A DNA stretch of 64,000 nt from positions 535,478 through 599,477 of the forward strand of contig JACPSJ010000001.1 of assembly GCA_016193315.1 (NCBI GenBank), written 5' to 3'. Under the pieces are notes generated by a model. The model did no database searches. It was not told the DNA's origin and worked only from the letters and a program-made list of their open reading frames with translations. Within the stretch, counting starts at the first letter, position 1; every line of letters starts with the position of its first letter. Source of the DNA: Candidatus Kerfeldbacteria bacterium (GTDB lineage: Bacteria; Patescibacteriota; Patescibacteriia; SBBC01; CAIJZX01). This document shows, piece after piece, positions 53,535 to 63,448 of this stretch. The position numbers were made by a program, and so were the translations under genes.

Positions 53535-55075
53535 GGGCGGAGCAGGCTTTGCCCAGTCATGGCGGTTGGGATAGGACGGCTCATGATCTGGAGAAGAGTT
53601 GGTCCGATGTCGCCGAGGGCTCCGTCAGGTCGGAGGCGAAGGGAACGTAGTTGCTCAGACACTAGATAAAGCGGCACCGGGTTGGTTGAGTGTTCTGTAT
53701 CGATTTCCTTCGTCTTCGGGTTCAGCATTTCCTCGAGGTTCCCATGGTCACCAGTGACAACGAGCAGGCCGTTGGCTGCCAAAACTGTCGTGGCCACCCG
53801 CCCCAGACAGCGATCAGCGGTTTCCATGGCGGTGACCCCGGCTTGGAGATTCCCGGTGTGCGCGACCATGTCGGTGTTAGCAAAGTTGGCCACCACTACG
53901 TCGCGCTGGCGACGGGCCACCGCTTGACAGATGACCTCAGTCACTCCGGGTGTGCTCATCGCCGGCCGCCGGTCGAAGTACCGCTCGGAAGCGGAGCGAA
54001 TCATCAGTCGCTCCTCACCGGCCACCGGATCAGCGTAGCCACCATTAAAGAAATACGTGACGTGAGCGTACTTCTCCCCTTCGGCCACGTAGAGCTGGCG
54101 CCGGTCACCCCAGACCATCGGCAGCGTATCGGTCAGTGGGACGGCCGGATAGGCGGTTAGGATGTCGCCCAAGTCAGGACCGAAATCGGTCATGGCCACA
54201 AAAAACACCGCCGGCCGTTTGGCCCGCTGAAAAGGGCCGGTCGGAGCGTTTTTATCTTCAAAATCTGGTTGGACGAACGTTTTCGCCAACTGGCGGGCCC
54301 GATCGGAACGGAGGTTGAAAAAGATGACCGCGTCGCCATCGGACATGCCCTGGTAGTTACCAATGATCGTCGGAGCTACGAACTCGTCACTCTCACCGCG
54401 ATTGTATGATTGGGTGATTGCTTCCAGGGGGTCGCTGACGTGATGGTCTGCCTGGCCATCGGTCAATGCCTGATAAGCCAATTTCGTCCGGTCCCAATTC
54501 TTGTTTCGGTCCATCGCATAGAACCGCCCCATGATGGTCGCCACCCGCGCGTCACCGAAGTGGGGCAAGAATTTCATCAGCATCTCCCGGGCATAGTAAC
54601 GTGGCGAGTCTCGGCCGTCGGTGAACAGGTGCAGAGCCACCCGGCGCAACCGGTGATTGTGAACCAGCAGCAGGAGGGCCAATAAGTGGTCTGGATCGGC
54701 GTGAGCACTCTGGTTAGTCCCCAGCATGCCCATCAGATGCAAGGTCGAGCGGTGCTGTCGGACGTGCTGAATGGCCGCTAGGAACGCGGGGTTACGGAAA
54801 AACGTTCCATCGTTAAGGCTGGCTGAGATGCGAACGTTATCCTGCATCACTCGCCGGCCAGCGCCGATGTTCATATGGCCAGCTTCGGAGTTACCATCTT
54901 GGGCCAGGCTGAGGCCGACGGCCAGGCCGCTAGCCATCAAGGTGGTCTGTGGATACCGGCCCTGCCAGCTACCAATGGTGGGTGTGTTGGCCAGCCGAAC
55001 GGCGTTGCCAGCGCCAACCGGTGCCACGCCCCAGCCATCGAGGATGACTAAGACGAGTGGTCCCGAGAAGTTCAT
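53531..55075 (-). CDS. gpmI: 2,3-bisphosphoglycerate-independent phosphoglycerate mutase, copy 2 (divergent tandem paralogue)
   Basis: 514 aa; same motif set (VILDGWG, SEAGHMNIGAGR, DGRDSP, VTGDHGNLE) with roughly 45% identity to copy 1 by eye. Confidence 0.8.
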   Translation of the reverse strand: MNFSGPLVLVILDGWGVAPVGAGNAVRLANTPTIGSWQGRYPQTTLMASGLAVGLSLAQDGNSEAGHMNIGAGRRVMQDNVRISASLNDGTFFRNPAFLAAIQHVRQHRSTLHLMGMLGTNQSAHADPDHLLALLLLVHNHRLRRVALHLFTDGRDSPRYYAREMLMKFLPHFGDARVATIMGRFYAMDRNKNWDRTKLAYQALTDGQADHHVSDPLEAITQSYNRGESDEFVAPTIIGNYQGMSDGDAVIFFNLRSDRARQLAKTFVQPDFEDKNAPTGPFQRAKRPAVFFVAMTDFGPDLGDILTAYPAVPLTDTLPMVWGDRRQLYVAEGEKYAHVTYFFNGGYADPVAGEERLMIRSASERYFDRRPAMSTPGVTEVICQAVARRQRDVVVANFANTDMVAHTGNLQAGVTAMETADRCLGRVATTVLAANGLLVVTGDHGNLEEMLNPKTKEIDTEHSTNPVPLYLVSEQLRSLRLRPDGALGDIGPTLLQIMSRPIPTAMTGQSLLRP

Positions 55076-56331
55076 TGGCCCAGTTCATCAGCAATGGCCA
55101 GCAGGCGGTTGTATTTAGCCACCCGTTCACCGCGAGCCGGAGCTCCCGCTTTGAGGTATTCCGCCCCCAGCGCGACGGCCAGGTCAACAATGAAAGGGTC
55201 GTTGGTCTCGCCGGACCGGTTACCCACCACCAGAGCGTAGCGAGCCGCCCGCGCCTTGACCGCCGTGTCGACCGCTTCCGTTAGGGTGCCAGCCTGGTTC
55301 GGCTTGATGACCACGGCGTTGGCCACATGGCTGTCGAGGCCGCGCTCGAGACGATCGGGGTTAGTGGTAAAGAGGTCGTCACCGACCAGCGTCAGCCGCG
55401 AACCGAGCTTGGCGGTTATCAGCTGCCAACCAACCCAGTCGTCTTCAGCTAAGGGGTCCTCGATTAACGTCAGGGGGTACTGCCTGAGCCACTCCTCGAG
55501 CAAACCAGCCACCCCCTCAGATGACAAGCCGGCCGGGTTTGGCGCCAGGTCGTAGCGTTCAGTCGAAGCGTTGTACCATTCGCTGGCCGCTATATCAAGT
55601 CCAAATTCTATATCGTCTGGGGTCTGGTAGCCAGCGGCGGTGATGGCTTTGATCACAAAATCAAAGGCCACGGTCGGTTCGGTCAAGGCCGGCGCGAAAC
55701 CACCTTCGTCGCCAACGGTCGTGCGGAGATGTTTGGCGGTCAGCAGCTCGGCCAACGCACGGTACACCAACGCCCCGCGTTCAATCTGTCCAGCGGCGGT
55801 CTGGCCGGTGGGCATGATTAAGAACTCCTGAATCTTTAACTCCGTATCAGCATGCCGCCCGCCATTCAAGACGTTCATCATTGGTCGAGGCAGGGCGTTG
55901 GCTGTCACCGCCGGCAGCTCATAGACCTGTTGAATCCAGCGGTAGAGCGGCTGCCGCTGGAGTGCGGCGGCAGCCCGGCTGACCGCCAGGGAAACACTCA
56001 ACAGCGCGTTCGCCCCGAGCTTTGATTTATTGACCGTCCCATCGAGCTCCACGAGTAAGCTGTCCAGACCCCGCTGCTGTCGGACGTCGAATCCTTTGGT
56101 CGCTTTGGCGATTGGCCCGGTCACATGGTCGATGGCCTTGTGCACGCCCAAGCCACCATAGTGCTTCGGTGACTGATCGCGTAACTCAAACGCTTCGTGA
56201 CTACCGGTCGAGGCGCCGGAGGGTACGGCGGCCGTGCCGCTGACACCAGTATCAAGCGTGACTGTCGTCTCAAGCGTCGGCCGGCCGCGCGAATCAAGGA
56301 TTTGTCGACTGGTGATATGCTCAATGGTCAT
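55072..56331 (-). CDS. eno: Enolase
   Basis: 419 aa; LNVLNGGRHAD, IKPNQAGTLTE and NRSGETND motifs. Confidence 0.9.
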   Translation of the reverse strand: MTIEHITSRQILDSRGRPTLETTVTLDTGVSGTAAVPSGASTGSHEAFELRDQSPKHYGGLGVHKAIDHVTGPIAKATKGFDVRQQRGLDSLLVELDGTVNKSKLGANALLSVSLAVSRAAAALQRQPLYRWIQQVYELPAVTANALPRPMMNVLNGGRHADTELKIQEFLIMPTGQTAAGQIERGALVYRALAELLTAKHLRTTVGDEGGFAPALTEPTVAFDFVIKAITAAGYQTPDDIEFGLDIAASEWYNASTERYDLAPNPAGLSSEGVAGLLEEWLRQYPLTLIEDPLAEDDWVGWQLITAKLGSRLTLVGDDLFTTNPDRLERGLDSHVANAVVIKPNQAGTLTEAVDTAVKARAARYALVVGNRSGETNDPFIVDLAVALGAEYLKAGAPARGERVAKYNRLLAIADELGQ

Positions 56332-56343
56332 GAAATAAATCGA

Positions 56344-57522
56344 TTACCGAACTAACGCCCGCAGCCCCGCCAACATTTTACCCTCAAGAAATTCCACCAT
56401 CGCCCCGCCGCCGGTGGAGACGAAGGTGAAATGGCGAGCGAGTCCCTGGTCACGGATGGCATCAACAGTCTCTCCACCTCCGGCGACGCTCCGACACCCG
56501 GCGCGGGCGATGGCTCTGGCGATGGATCTCGTGCCCGTATCAAAGGGCGGGTTTTCATAGACGCCCATCGGGCCGTTCCAAACCAGAGTCGAGGCTTTGG
56601 CAATAATGCGTGAGAACAGCGAGACCGAATCCGGACCAATGTCCGCGATGACCTCATCGGGTGCAATCTTCCCGACCGGACGAACCCACGACCGAGCCCG
56701 CGGCCGAGGCTGCCCGCGCACTACCACCACGTCAATCGGAATGTGGAGGTGTTTATTCTTGACACTTAAACCGCGAGCCTTGGCCAGCATGGCCGGCTCG
56801 CTGAGACTGGCGCCAATGGCTAGTCCTTCAGCCCGTAAGATGGTGTTCGCCAACGCCCCACCAAGCAGAACATGATCAGCTTGCTGGATCAGCCGCTTGA
56901 CCAGCCCGAGCTTAGTGGAAATCTTGGCTCCCCCCAGGATAGCCACGTAGGGACGACGTGGCCGCCGCATGACTTTCTGCAGTTGATCAACCTCCTCCAT
57001 CAGATGCAATCCGGCGTAGGCCGGCCGGAGGAGCGGCAGGCGGACGAGTGAGGCGCTGGCTCGATGGGAAACCGCAAACGCTTCATTGACGAACAGATCG
57101 CCGAGCGCCGCTAAGCGTCGGGCAAAGGCCGGATTATTGTCAGCTTCGCCGGAGTAAAATCGTAGATTTTCCAGGAGGGTCACTGAGCCGGGTCGGAGTC
57201 GTTCGATCGCCAGCCGAAGAGCTGACGAACCAACACGGTCATCGAGGAATTCAACCGGCTGACGAAGTAACCGTGCCAGTGGCCTGGCCACCATCCGGAG
57301 CGAATATTCGCGATGCCAGCTCTTGGGTCGACCACGATGACTGAGCAGGATGACGGACGCCTGGTGGCGTCGCAGCCAGTCAATGGTTGGCCGACTAGCC
57401 GCCAGTCGAGTATCATCCCGAAGTCGTCCGCGACCATCGGCCGCGATGTTGTAGTCAACCCTTACGAGAACACGCTGATTCTTGACCGCCGCCGTCCGGA
57501 GATCCCGTAACCGCATAGTCAA
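56344..57522 (-). CDS. pgk: Phosphoglycerate kinase
   Basis: 392 aa; RVDYN N-terminus and GGGA..T/FLEGK C-terminal motifs. Confidence 0.85.
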   Translation of the reverse strand: MTMRLRDLRTAAVKNQRVLVRVDYNIAADGRGRLRDDTRLAASRPTIDWLRRHQASVILLSHRGRPKSWHREYSLRMVARPLARLLRQPVEFLDDRVGSSALRLAIERLRPGSVTLLENLRFYSGEADNNPAFARRLAALGDLFVNEAFAVSHRASASLVRLPLLRPAYAGLHLMEEVDQLQKVMRRPRRPYVAILGGAKISTKLGLVKRLIQQADHVLLGGALANTILRAEGLAIGASLSEPAMLAKARGLSVKNKHLHIPIDVVVVRGQPRPRARSWVRPVGKIAPDEVIADIGPDSVSLFSRIIAKASTLVWNGPMGVYENPPFDTGTRSIARAIARAGCRSVAGGGETVDAIRDQGLARHFTFVSTGGGAMVEFLEGKMLAGLRALVR

Positions 57523-57554
57523 TAGTTTAGCAAAAAACTGCGACGTTGGCCACG

Positions 57555-58838
57555 TCAGTCATTCTTCAAGTAGACGCGCCCGCCGCGCCAGAAAACTGCT
57601 AGCGCTTGAGTCCACGGTAAGACGCTCAGGAAATACTGGAGGTCAACGATCTTCCTGGCCAACCAACCAAACCACCCGGTCAACGGCAGCCCCCACATGG
57701 TGCTGATCGCCCACCGGCCGCCAACCGGAAACACAAAACCGACACGCTCCGGACGATACGGTTCAAGCGGTTCCCGCCGCCAAGTGTGAACCAAGTTGCG
57801 TGCGGCCAAGCGACCTTGCGCCACCGCCAGCGGTGCGACCTGCGGGATCGGTCGATTGGTGGCCGGATCGAGGTAATACACGGCATCTCCAATGGCGAAG
57901 GTTTGTTCATGCCCCGGCAGGAGCAATTCGCTCGTCACACAGACCTGCCGCTTGCCCGCACAGTCAACGCCGAGCTGGCTCATTAGCGGGTGGGCCTTAA
58001 TCCCGCCGCTCCACACGAATACATTGTACGGCAGCTCGGAACCATCTTTCAGCCGCAGGTGGCGATCATCGACGCCGGTAATGATCTGACCGGTCCGAAT
58101 CGTCACGCCGAGAGAGGTGAGGCGCTTGGCCGCGGCGGTCTGCACCCAACCTGGGAAGCCAGGCAGAACGGTCGGCGCCGCCTCCAGAATAATCACCTGG
58201 ACCAGTTCTGGTTTGAGTCTGCGCTGGCGACTCCGTGTCAGGACGTAGTTCCTCAATTCTCCGGCGGTCTCCACCCCGGACACCCCCGCGCCGCCAATGA
58301 CGATAGCCACCGGTCGTTGCTCGCGTTCGCAGTCGACGAGCAGGGTCTGCAGTTGCTGATGAATGCGCAGGGCATCTGGCAACTCCTTCAGCGCCACACT
58401 ATGTTCGGCCAGGCCGGGTATCCCAAAGTCGTTGCTCACGCTACCGAGTGCCAGAATCAAGGCGTCATAGTCAACCGCCGGCTGGCCGGCCAACGTGAGA
58501 CTATGGTTGGCCAGATCAACCCCGGTTACGGCGGCCGGCAGAAAATTGATGCGCCGGTGGGCCAAGATGTTTTCGAAGGCCTTGAAGCGGATCGTCAGGC
58601 CGCGCTCGATCGCGGCCAGATCAGCGTCGCTGAACGTGGCGGCAGCGGTGGCCACCTCGTACAGCAGTGCGTGGTAACAATGGTAGGCGTTTTTGTCGAT
58701 CAGCGTGATGTTGTATTCATCGGTCCGGCGGATCCGGTCAAGTTCCAAGGCCGTGGCCAAGCCGGCAAAGCCCGCGCCCACGATGACGACATGCCGACGA
58801 GTATGGCGCCGCACTGGCATAAAATAAGTATACCACAC
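57555..58838 (-). CDS. FAD/NAD(P)-dependent oxidoreductase, type II NADH dehydrogenase (NDH-2)-like
   Basis: 427 aa; two Rossmann GxGxxG motifs (HVVIVGAGFAGL, VAIVIGGAGVSGVE). Confidence 0.65.
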   Translation of the reverse strand: MWYTYFMPVRRHTRRHVVIVGAGFAGLATALELDRIRRTDEYNITLIDKNAYHCYHALLYEVATAAATFSDADLAAIERGLTIRFKAFENILAHRRINFLPAAVTGVDLANHSLTLAGQPAVDYDALILALGSVSNDFGIPGLAEHSVALKELPDALRIHQQLQTLLVDCEREQRPVAIVIGGAGVSGVETAGELRNYVLTRSRQRRLKPELVQVIILEAAPTVLPGFPGWVQTAAAKRLTSLGVTIRTGQIITGVDDRHLRLKDGSELPYNVFVWSGGIKAHPLMSQLGVDCAGKRQVCVTSELLLPGHEQTFAIGDAVYYLDPATNRPIPQVAPLAVAQGRLAARNLVHTWRREPLEPYRPERVGFVFPVGGRWAISTMWGLPLTGWFGWLARKIVDLQYFLSVLPWTQALAVFWRGGRVYLKND

Positions 58839-58892
58839 TCCCCGGCCGGAGACGTGACATTTTCGATCGCCTCTGCTAGGGTGTGATCAGTT

Positions 58893-59501
58893 ATGTATTC
58901 TCCACGATTCCGCTACTATTCCGCGTTGCTCCTAGCCATACTTTTGGCCTCCGCCAGCTCGGCCTTGGCGGCCGTACCAGTGAAGATCAATCCCCCGCAA
59001 GAACCGGTCCAAGTATCTGCCGCAGATCTAGAGCTGGAACTTAGTTCTCCGTCATTGTCCGTTGATATTGGCTCAACGATGACGGTAACCATGTCAGTCA
59101 AGAACCTCGGCGAACATGATGCGCTCAACGTTCGGCTGGACGACAACCTGCCGGCTGGCTGGTCGTACGTCGATCCCAAGGTCCCGGCGGCTCTTAACCT
59201 TGGGGCGATCAAGACTGGCCGCTCGAAAAAAATCGCCGTGCCCATCACGATCGGAGAAAAAAGTCCTGCCGGCGCCATCGCCTACGAAGTTGTGGCCCGC
59301 GCCGACAACGCCGATCCAGTCGAGAATTTTGTGACCATCACCGTTCGGCCGGGGCAGGTGCTCGGCGCGACGGATGAACAGTTGGCCGAGACGGGAACGA
59401 GCGCAGCCAGCCTTTACTGGCTCCTATTTGGACTGGGACTCATCGTCGCTGGAACCAAGGTTCTGCATCGGTCCTCGAAGTACACGAGCCTGCGCAGATA
59501 G
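58893..59501 (+). CDS. DUF11-like surface protein with LAETG sortase motif, TM and basic tail
   Basis: Signal peptide (LLLAILLASASSALA); DUF11-like beta-sandwich (VTMSVKNLGEHDALNVRLDDNLPAGWSYV); C-terminal LAETG plus hydrophobic segment plus HRSSKYTSLRR. Confidence 0.6.
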   Translation: MYSPRFRYYSALLLAILLASASSALAAVPVKINPPQEPVQVSAADLELELSSPSLSVDIGSTMTVTMSVKNLGEHDALNVRLDDNLPAGWSYVDPKVPAALNLGAIKTGRSKKIAVPITIGEKSPAGAIAYEVVARADNADPVENFVTITVRPGQVLGATDEQLAETGTSAASLYWLLFGLGLIVAGTKVLHRSSKYTSLRR

Positions 59502-59543
59502 CAAAACAATGGGCGCCGGTAGAGTGACAAATACTATTTTTCT

Positions 59544-59984
59544 TTACCCCATCCGCACCAGCTTCCCGTCGCCAGGCTGATGGAGAATCCGCTCGACGTG
59601 ACTTTTCAGTTCGTGCGGATCGATGTTCGCTTTGACCAGGTATTCATCCGCACCGAGATTCTTGGCCGTTCGGACGTGCTCATCGGAATCGAGATTGGAC
59701 AGGACAATGACACGAATGTCACGTAAGCCGGGTGTGTTTTTGATCAGGCGAAGAACTTGATAGCCGACCGGTTCATGGAGGCTCTCGCCAATAATGTTTT
59801 CGCCGGGCCGGCGAGGAATCAACAAATCGAGCAGCACTACGTGCGGGCGAATGACAATCACTTTCTCCTCGCCACTCTCGGCGGTGGGTGCGGTCAGGAC
59901 TTCGTACCCACCCTGACTCAAAACAGCGGCGTAGAGAGACACTAGCAGTGGCTCGTCTTCGATCAGCAGAACGCGGGTGGCCAT
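59544..59984 (-). CDS. Stand-alone response regulator receiver (CheY-like)
   Basis: 146 aa; DD..D...K pattern (LLIEDEP, LLDLLIP, VLSNL..K); no output domain. Confidence 0.7.
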   Translation of the reverse strand: MATRVLLIEDEPLLVSLYAAVLSQGGYEVLTAPTAESGEEKVIVIRPHVVLLDLLIPRRPGENIIGESLHEPVGYQVLRLIKNTPGLRDIRVIVLSNLDSDEHVRTAKNLGADEYLVKANIDPHELKSHVERILHQPGDGKLVRMG

Positions 59985-60189
59985 ATATTGAAAAGTATAA
60001 TACCAACCATTAGAATTGCCTAGCGTGGGGGTACGAACTTGAATTGGTAACTCTGCCGGTCCCCTTCAACACGGCTAGTGGCCAACTGGAGACGGCGGGT
60101 CGATGTGGGCAACTGCCTAATAGGAATGCCGTCAATCTGACGTTTTGCAAAAAAACCCGCTCGCCAGAGCGAACGGAGAAGAGCAGGAA

Positions 60190-60390
60190 TCAGAAGGCAT
60201 CGGTCTCGAGGGTCGGAACTTCAACCCTTTCGCCATGCGCCATCATGACCAGTTGGGCCTCCTTCTTGTTGCCCTGCCGGACCAAGTCGCAGACGACTCG
60301 ATACTGCTCCGTTGGGAGCGAGAAGAAAATGTCCTCGTGGTCTTCATTCCCTGTCCAGCAACGTAACCTGACGATTTGACCGTTATCCAT
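60190..60390 (-). CDS. 66-aa hypothetical protein
   Basis: ORF MDNGQIVRLRCWTGNEDHEDIFF... with a G-rich RBS; unknown family. Confidence 0.3.
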   Translation of the reverse strand: MDNGQIVRLRCWTGNEDHEDIFFSLPTEQYRVVCDLVRQGNKKEAQLVMMAHGERVEVPTLETDAF

Positions 60391-60450
60391 ATCCCCCTCG
60401 AGAAGAAAGAACGGGCAGGTCGTTTCGACACGAGCCTGCCCGTCATGCTC

Positions 60451-60523
60451 GGGGTACGACGGGGCTCGAACCCGTAACCTCCGGAACCACAGTCCAGCGC
60501 TCTGCCAGTTGAGCTACGTACCC
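60451..60523 (-). tRNA. tRNA-His (anticodon GTG), no encoded CCA
   Basis: Minus-strand cloverleaf: acceptor GGGTACG/CGTACCC, D-arm GCTC-AACTGGCA-GAGC, anticodon loop CTGTGGT, T-arm ACGGG-TTCGAGC-CCCGT. Confidence 0.75.
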
Positions 60524-60539
60524 TTCCGAAGGAAAGACC

Positions 60540-61958
60540 TCATGTATCCGACGTCTGGAGTATTGACGCTACCGTCCGCACCAGATCGGCGCGGGGCACG
60601 GTGGTCTGCCGACGTCGAGCCATGTCCTTGATCGTGACGCTCCCGTCATGACGCTCGTTGGAGCCGGAGATTACCACCACCGGGATCTCCTGGCGGGTGG
60701 CATAGGCCAGCTGGGCCTTGAAGCCGGTTTCCATCCCCAGCCAGACCATGGTTCGGACGCCGGCCCGGCGCAGCTCGCCGGTCATCGACAGGTAGTCCGC
60801 CATCGCACTCCGGTCCATCACCGTCACCAGCGCCTGAGTCAGCGTCGGTTTGGTGGTGATGCGGCCGAGTTGCTTGAGGGCGGCGAACAACCGATCGATA
60901 CCAACTGACACCCCGGTCGCCGGGAACGATCCAGCCATAAACCGACTGACTAGATCATCGTACCGGCCGCCGCCAAAGACTGACCCGATTTCCGGAAGGT
61001 CCTCGAGAAACGCTTCGAAAACCGGACCGGTGTAATAAGCCAAGCCGCGCGCGATCGAGAGATCGAACCGCCAGAGCTCTTCCGGGACGCCCATCGACCG
61101 AAGGGCAATCACGATTTCCCGGAGCTCCCCGAGACCTTCCTCGGCGATACGAACGCCTTGGAACAGGTCGCTGGCCTGACCTAGGAGCTGGTCCGTTGAT
61201 CCGTCCAAATCGAGGAAAGCGCCAACCTTTTCAACGGCGGTGGCTGATAGACCCGGCCCGAAAGCAGCTTCGACCTGATCTGCGCCCTCCTCGCTGTCAG
61301 GCGTGCCTGATTGGGCCCGCGGAGGTTTGGCCAGTTCGCGGAGGACCGCGGCCCGACCAACCTTCGGCTGCTTGTCGATGATCCGCAGGACGTCCGCCTG
61401 GAGCGACGAATCGTACCCAGCGTATTCCGGCAGGCCGTTCAGCAACTTGCGGTTGTTGAAGCGGACCGAGAAGCGGATTCCGACGAGCTCCCGTAAGGTC
61501 TCCACCATCACGGCGATAATCTCGGCGTCAGCAATCGCCTGATCCGAACCGACGATGTCGACGTCAAACTGCATAAACTCGCGAAAACGTCCGGCTTGCG
61601 GCTTCTCTCCACGGAGCACATCGCCGCGTTGGTAGCGCTTGAACGGTCTGGGCAAATCAGGGTGGGCGGCCACAAATCGGGCCAGGGGCACCGTCAGGTC
61701 GAAACGGAGGGCCATGGCCTGCTCCGGATCGTCAACGATCCTCGAACCAGCAATGCGCGTGTCGAAGAGGTGCATCCGGAAATTCGGATCGTTCCCGGTC
61801 AGAACCGCCCGACGTTCGACGAGGGGCGTTTCGAGCGGATCGTACCCGAACCGCTCGAACACGGACTGGATAGTCGCGATCATGGCCTGCCGTTGGATCA
61901 TGTCCTCCGGACCATAATCGCGGAATCCGCCGGCGAGGGTGGGTTTGACTCTGGGCAT
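60540..61958 (-). CDS. hisS: Histidine--tRNA ligase
   Basis: Class II motifs (FRREFMQFDVDIVG, GGGRYD) and the HisRS anticodon-binding domain; the start is taken at ATG 61958 (MPRVKPTL) with AAAGGAGCG 8 nt upstream. The track ORF extends to 62171. Confidence 0.85.
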   Translation of the reverse strand: MPRVKPTLAGGFRDYGPEDMIQRQAMIATIQSVFERFGYDPLETPLVERRAVLTGNDPNFRMHLFDTRIAGSRIVDDPEQAMALRFDLTVPLARFVAAHPDLPRPFKRYQRGDVLRGEKPQAGRFREFMQFDVDIVGSDQAIADAEIIAVMVETLRELVGIRFSVRFNNRKLLNGLPEYAGYDSSLQADVLRIIDKQPKVGRAAVLRELAKPPRAQSGTPDSEEGADQVEAAFGPGLSATAVEKVGAFLDLDGSTDQLLGQASDLFQGVRIAEEGLGELREIVIALRSMGVPEELWRFDLSIARGLAYYTGPVFEAFLEDLPEIGSVFGGGRYDDLVSRFMAGSFPATGVSVGIDRLFAALKQLGRITTKPTLTQALVTVMDRSAMADYLSMTGELRRAGVRTMVWLGMETGFKAQLAYATRQEIPVVVISGSNERHDGSVTIKDMARRRQTTVPRADLVRTVASILQTSDT

Positions 61959-62130
61959 GAGAAACGCTCCTTTCGTGTGTATCGAGGTCGAGGCCCTGTG
62001 CGGGCCGCTAGTATACCATGGTTGCCCCTTCACGTCTGTGTTGGAAAGGGCGATGCCGCGACATTGCCACAGGGGATAAGTTTTGTCAAGCGCCACGGGA
62101 AGCGCGCTAGAAAAAATTGGCACTCTGAGT

Positions 62131-62151
62131 CCCCCACGCCGAGCGTGGGGG
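62131..62151 (-). terminator. Hairpin CCCCCACGC-cgag-GCGTGGGGG downstream of the dapE-like gene
   Basis: Perfect 9-bp GC-rich stem, 60 nt after the stop at 62213, followed within 14 nt by a T-tract (AATTTTTTCT) on the minus strand. Confidence 0.5.
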
Positions 62152-62212
62152 CTTGCCGTCCCGGCTGTCAAGCCAAAAAAAGCGACTGCCTGACGCAGCC
62201 GCGCAAAAGGGT

Positions 62213-63385
62213 CTAAACCTGGAAGAATCGCTCGAGGATCCGATGGTACAGCTGCACCAACCGACCCAGATCTTCGATCAACGCCCGTTCATTAACCTGG
62301 TGCGAAGTGGCGTGGACTGGACCGAGTTCGACCACTGGACAGATCTCGACCAAGACCCGCGCGTCCGAAGCCCCGCCCTGGGTGATTAAATCTGGAATCA
62401 GGCCAAGGACTTCGGACGTCACTTTCTGGAGCATGCCAGTGAACTGATTCGGCTCGGTGACGTACGGCCGATTGAATCCTGCCCGTCGGATGGTGAACGG
62501 TTGCCCGGTCGCGCCGAGAAGCTCCTCTACCCACCGCTGCAGACTCTCTTCGCTGTGGGCATCGGAGTAACGGACATTGACGACCGCCTCGACCCGCTCC
62601 GGTACACTATTGTACTGCCGGTTTCCGACATCGACCGTCACCACATTGACGTTGGTCGGTTCGAACAGGTCGCCCTCATCATCGAAACTAGCGGCCGCGA
62701 TTTCCTGCAGTACCGGCAGGAGCTGGTGGACGGGGTTCACCGTCTCAGCCGGATAGGCCGTATGACCTGGCTGGTCACTCAAACTTATGAAGAAGTCAAC
62801 GCAACCGCGGCTCCCGATCTTGATCGTCGCTCCCAGGACACCGCGACTGGCAGGCTCTGGGATGATACACCCGTCCGGTCGTGTTCCCCGCTTCTTCAGC
62901 CAGTCGACCACCAGCGGCATGCCGGCGTCGCCATCCCCCTCTTCGTCACCGGTCAGCAGAAAGCTGGTTGTCCCCGGGGTCACTGGTCGGGCGGCTACAA
63001 AGAGCGCCGTCGCGCTGATCGCCGCCGCTAGCCCGCCTTTCATGTCTTCCGCTCCCCGGCCATTGAGGTAACCTTCACGGACGGTCGGCTCGAACGGCGG
63101 AATAACCCAGCGCTGTTGGGCGCTGTGATCGCCCACCGACACCACGTCCGTGTGACCAGCGAAGGCGAAGTGTGGCGAGCCAGCTCCTCGGCACGCCACG
63201 AGGTTCGGCACGGCCCGACCTTTGGCATTGGTGAAAGGCAGGAACGTGCAGGTGAACCCCAACTGGCCGAGGAGTCCCGCTAGGTATCCTTGGATTTCGT
63301 GACTGTCGAGATCTTCACTTCGAAACCGGATCAGCTCCATCGCCAGTGCAACCACATCGATCGGGAACTTGACTCCCATATGCAT
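62213..63385 (-). CDS. M20-family metallopeptidase (DapE/ArgE-like succinyl-diaminopimelate desuccinylase)
   Basis: 390 aa; metal-ligand motifs HTDVV, GRGAEDMKGG, TGDEEG and the dimerisation-domain pattern. Confidence 0.7.
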   Translation of the reverse strand: MHMGVKFPIDVVALAMELIRFRSEDLDSHEIQGYLAGLLGQLGFTCTFLPFTNAKGRAVPNLVACRGAGSPHFAFAGHTDVVSVGDHSAQQRWVIPPFEPTVREGYLNGRGAEDMKGGLAAAISATALFVAARPVTPGTTSFLLTGDEEGDGDAGMPLVVDWLKKRGTRPDGCIIPEPASRGVLGATIKIGSRGCVDFFISLSDQPGHTAYPAETVNPVHQLLPVLQEIAAASFDDEGDLFEPTNVNVVTVDVGNRQYNSVPERVEAVVNVRYSDAHSEESLQRWVEELLGATGQPFTIRRAGFNRPYVTEPNQFTGMLQKVTSEVLGLIPDLITQGGASDARVLVEICPVVELGPVHATSHQVNERALIEDLGRLVQLYHRILERFFQV

Positions 63386-63448
63386 CGAATCCTCCCAAGA
63401 AAAAGGGCTCGATGTTTCACACCGGCCCTGAGGACGACATTGCCCGTT

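Noticed and set aside
61960-62212. T-box riboswitch leader upstream of hisS
   Set aside because: No AGGGTGGNACCGCG T-box sequence or specifier-loop architecture was found; only a terminator-like hairpin belonging to the upstream gene.
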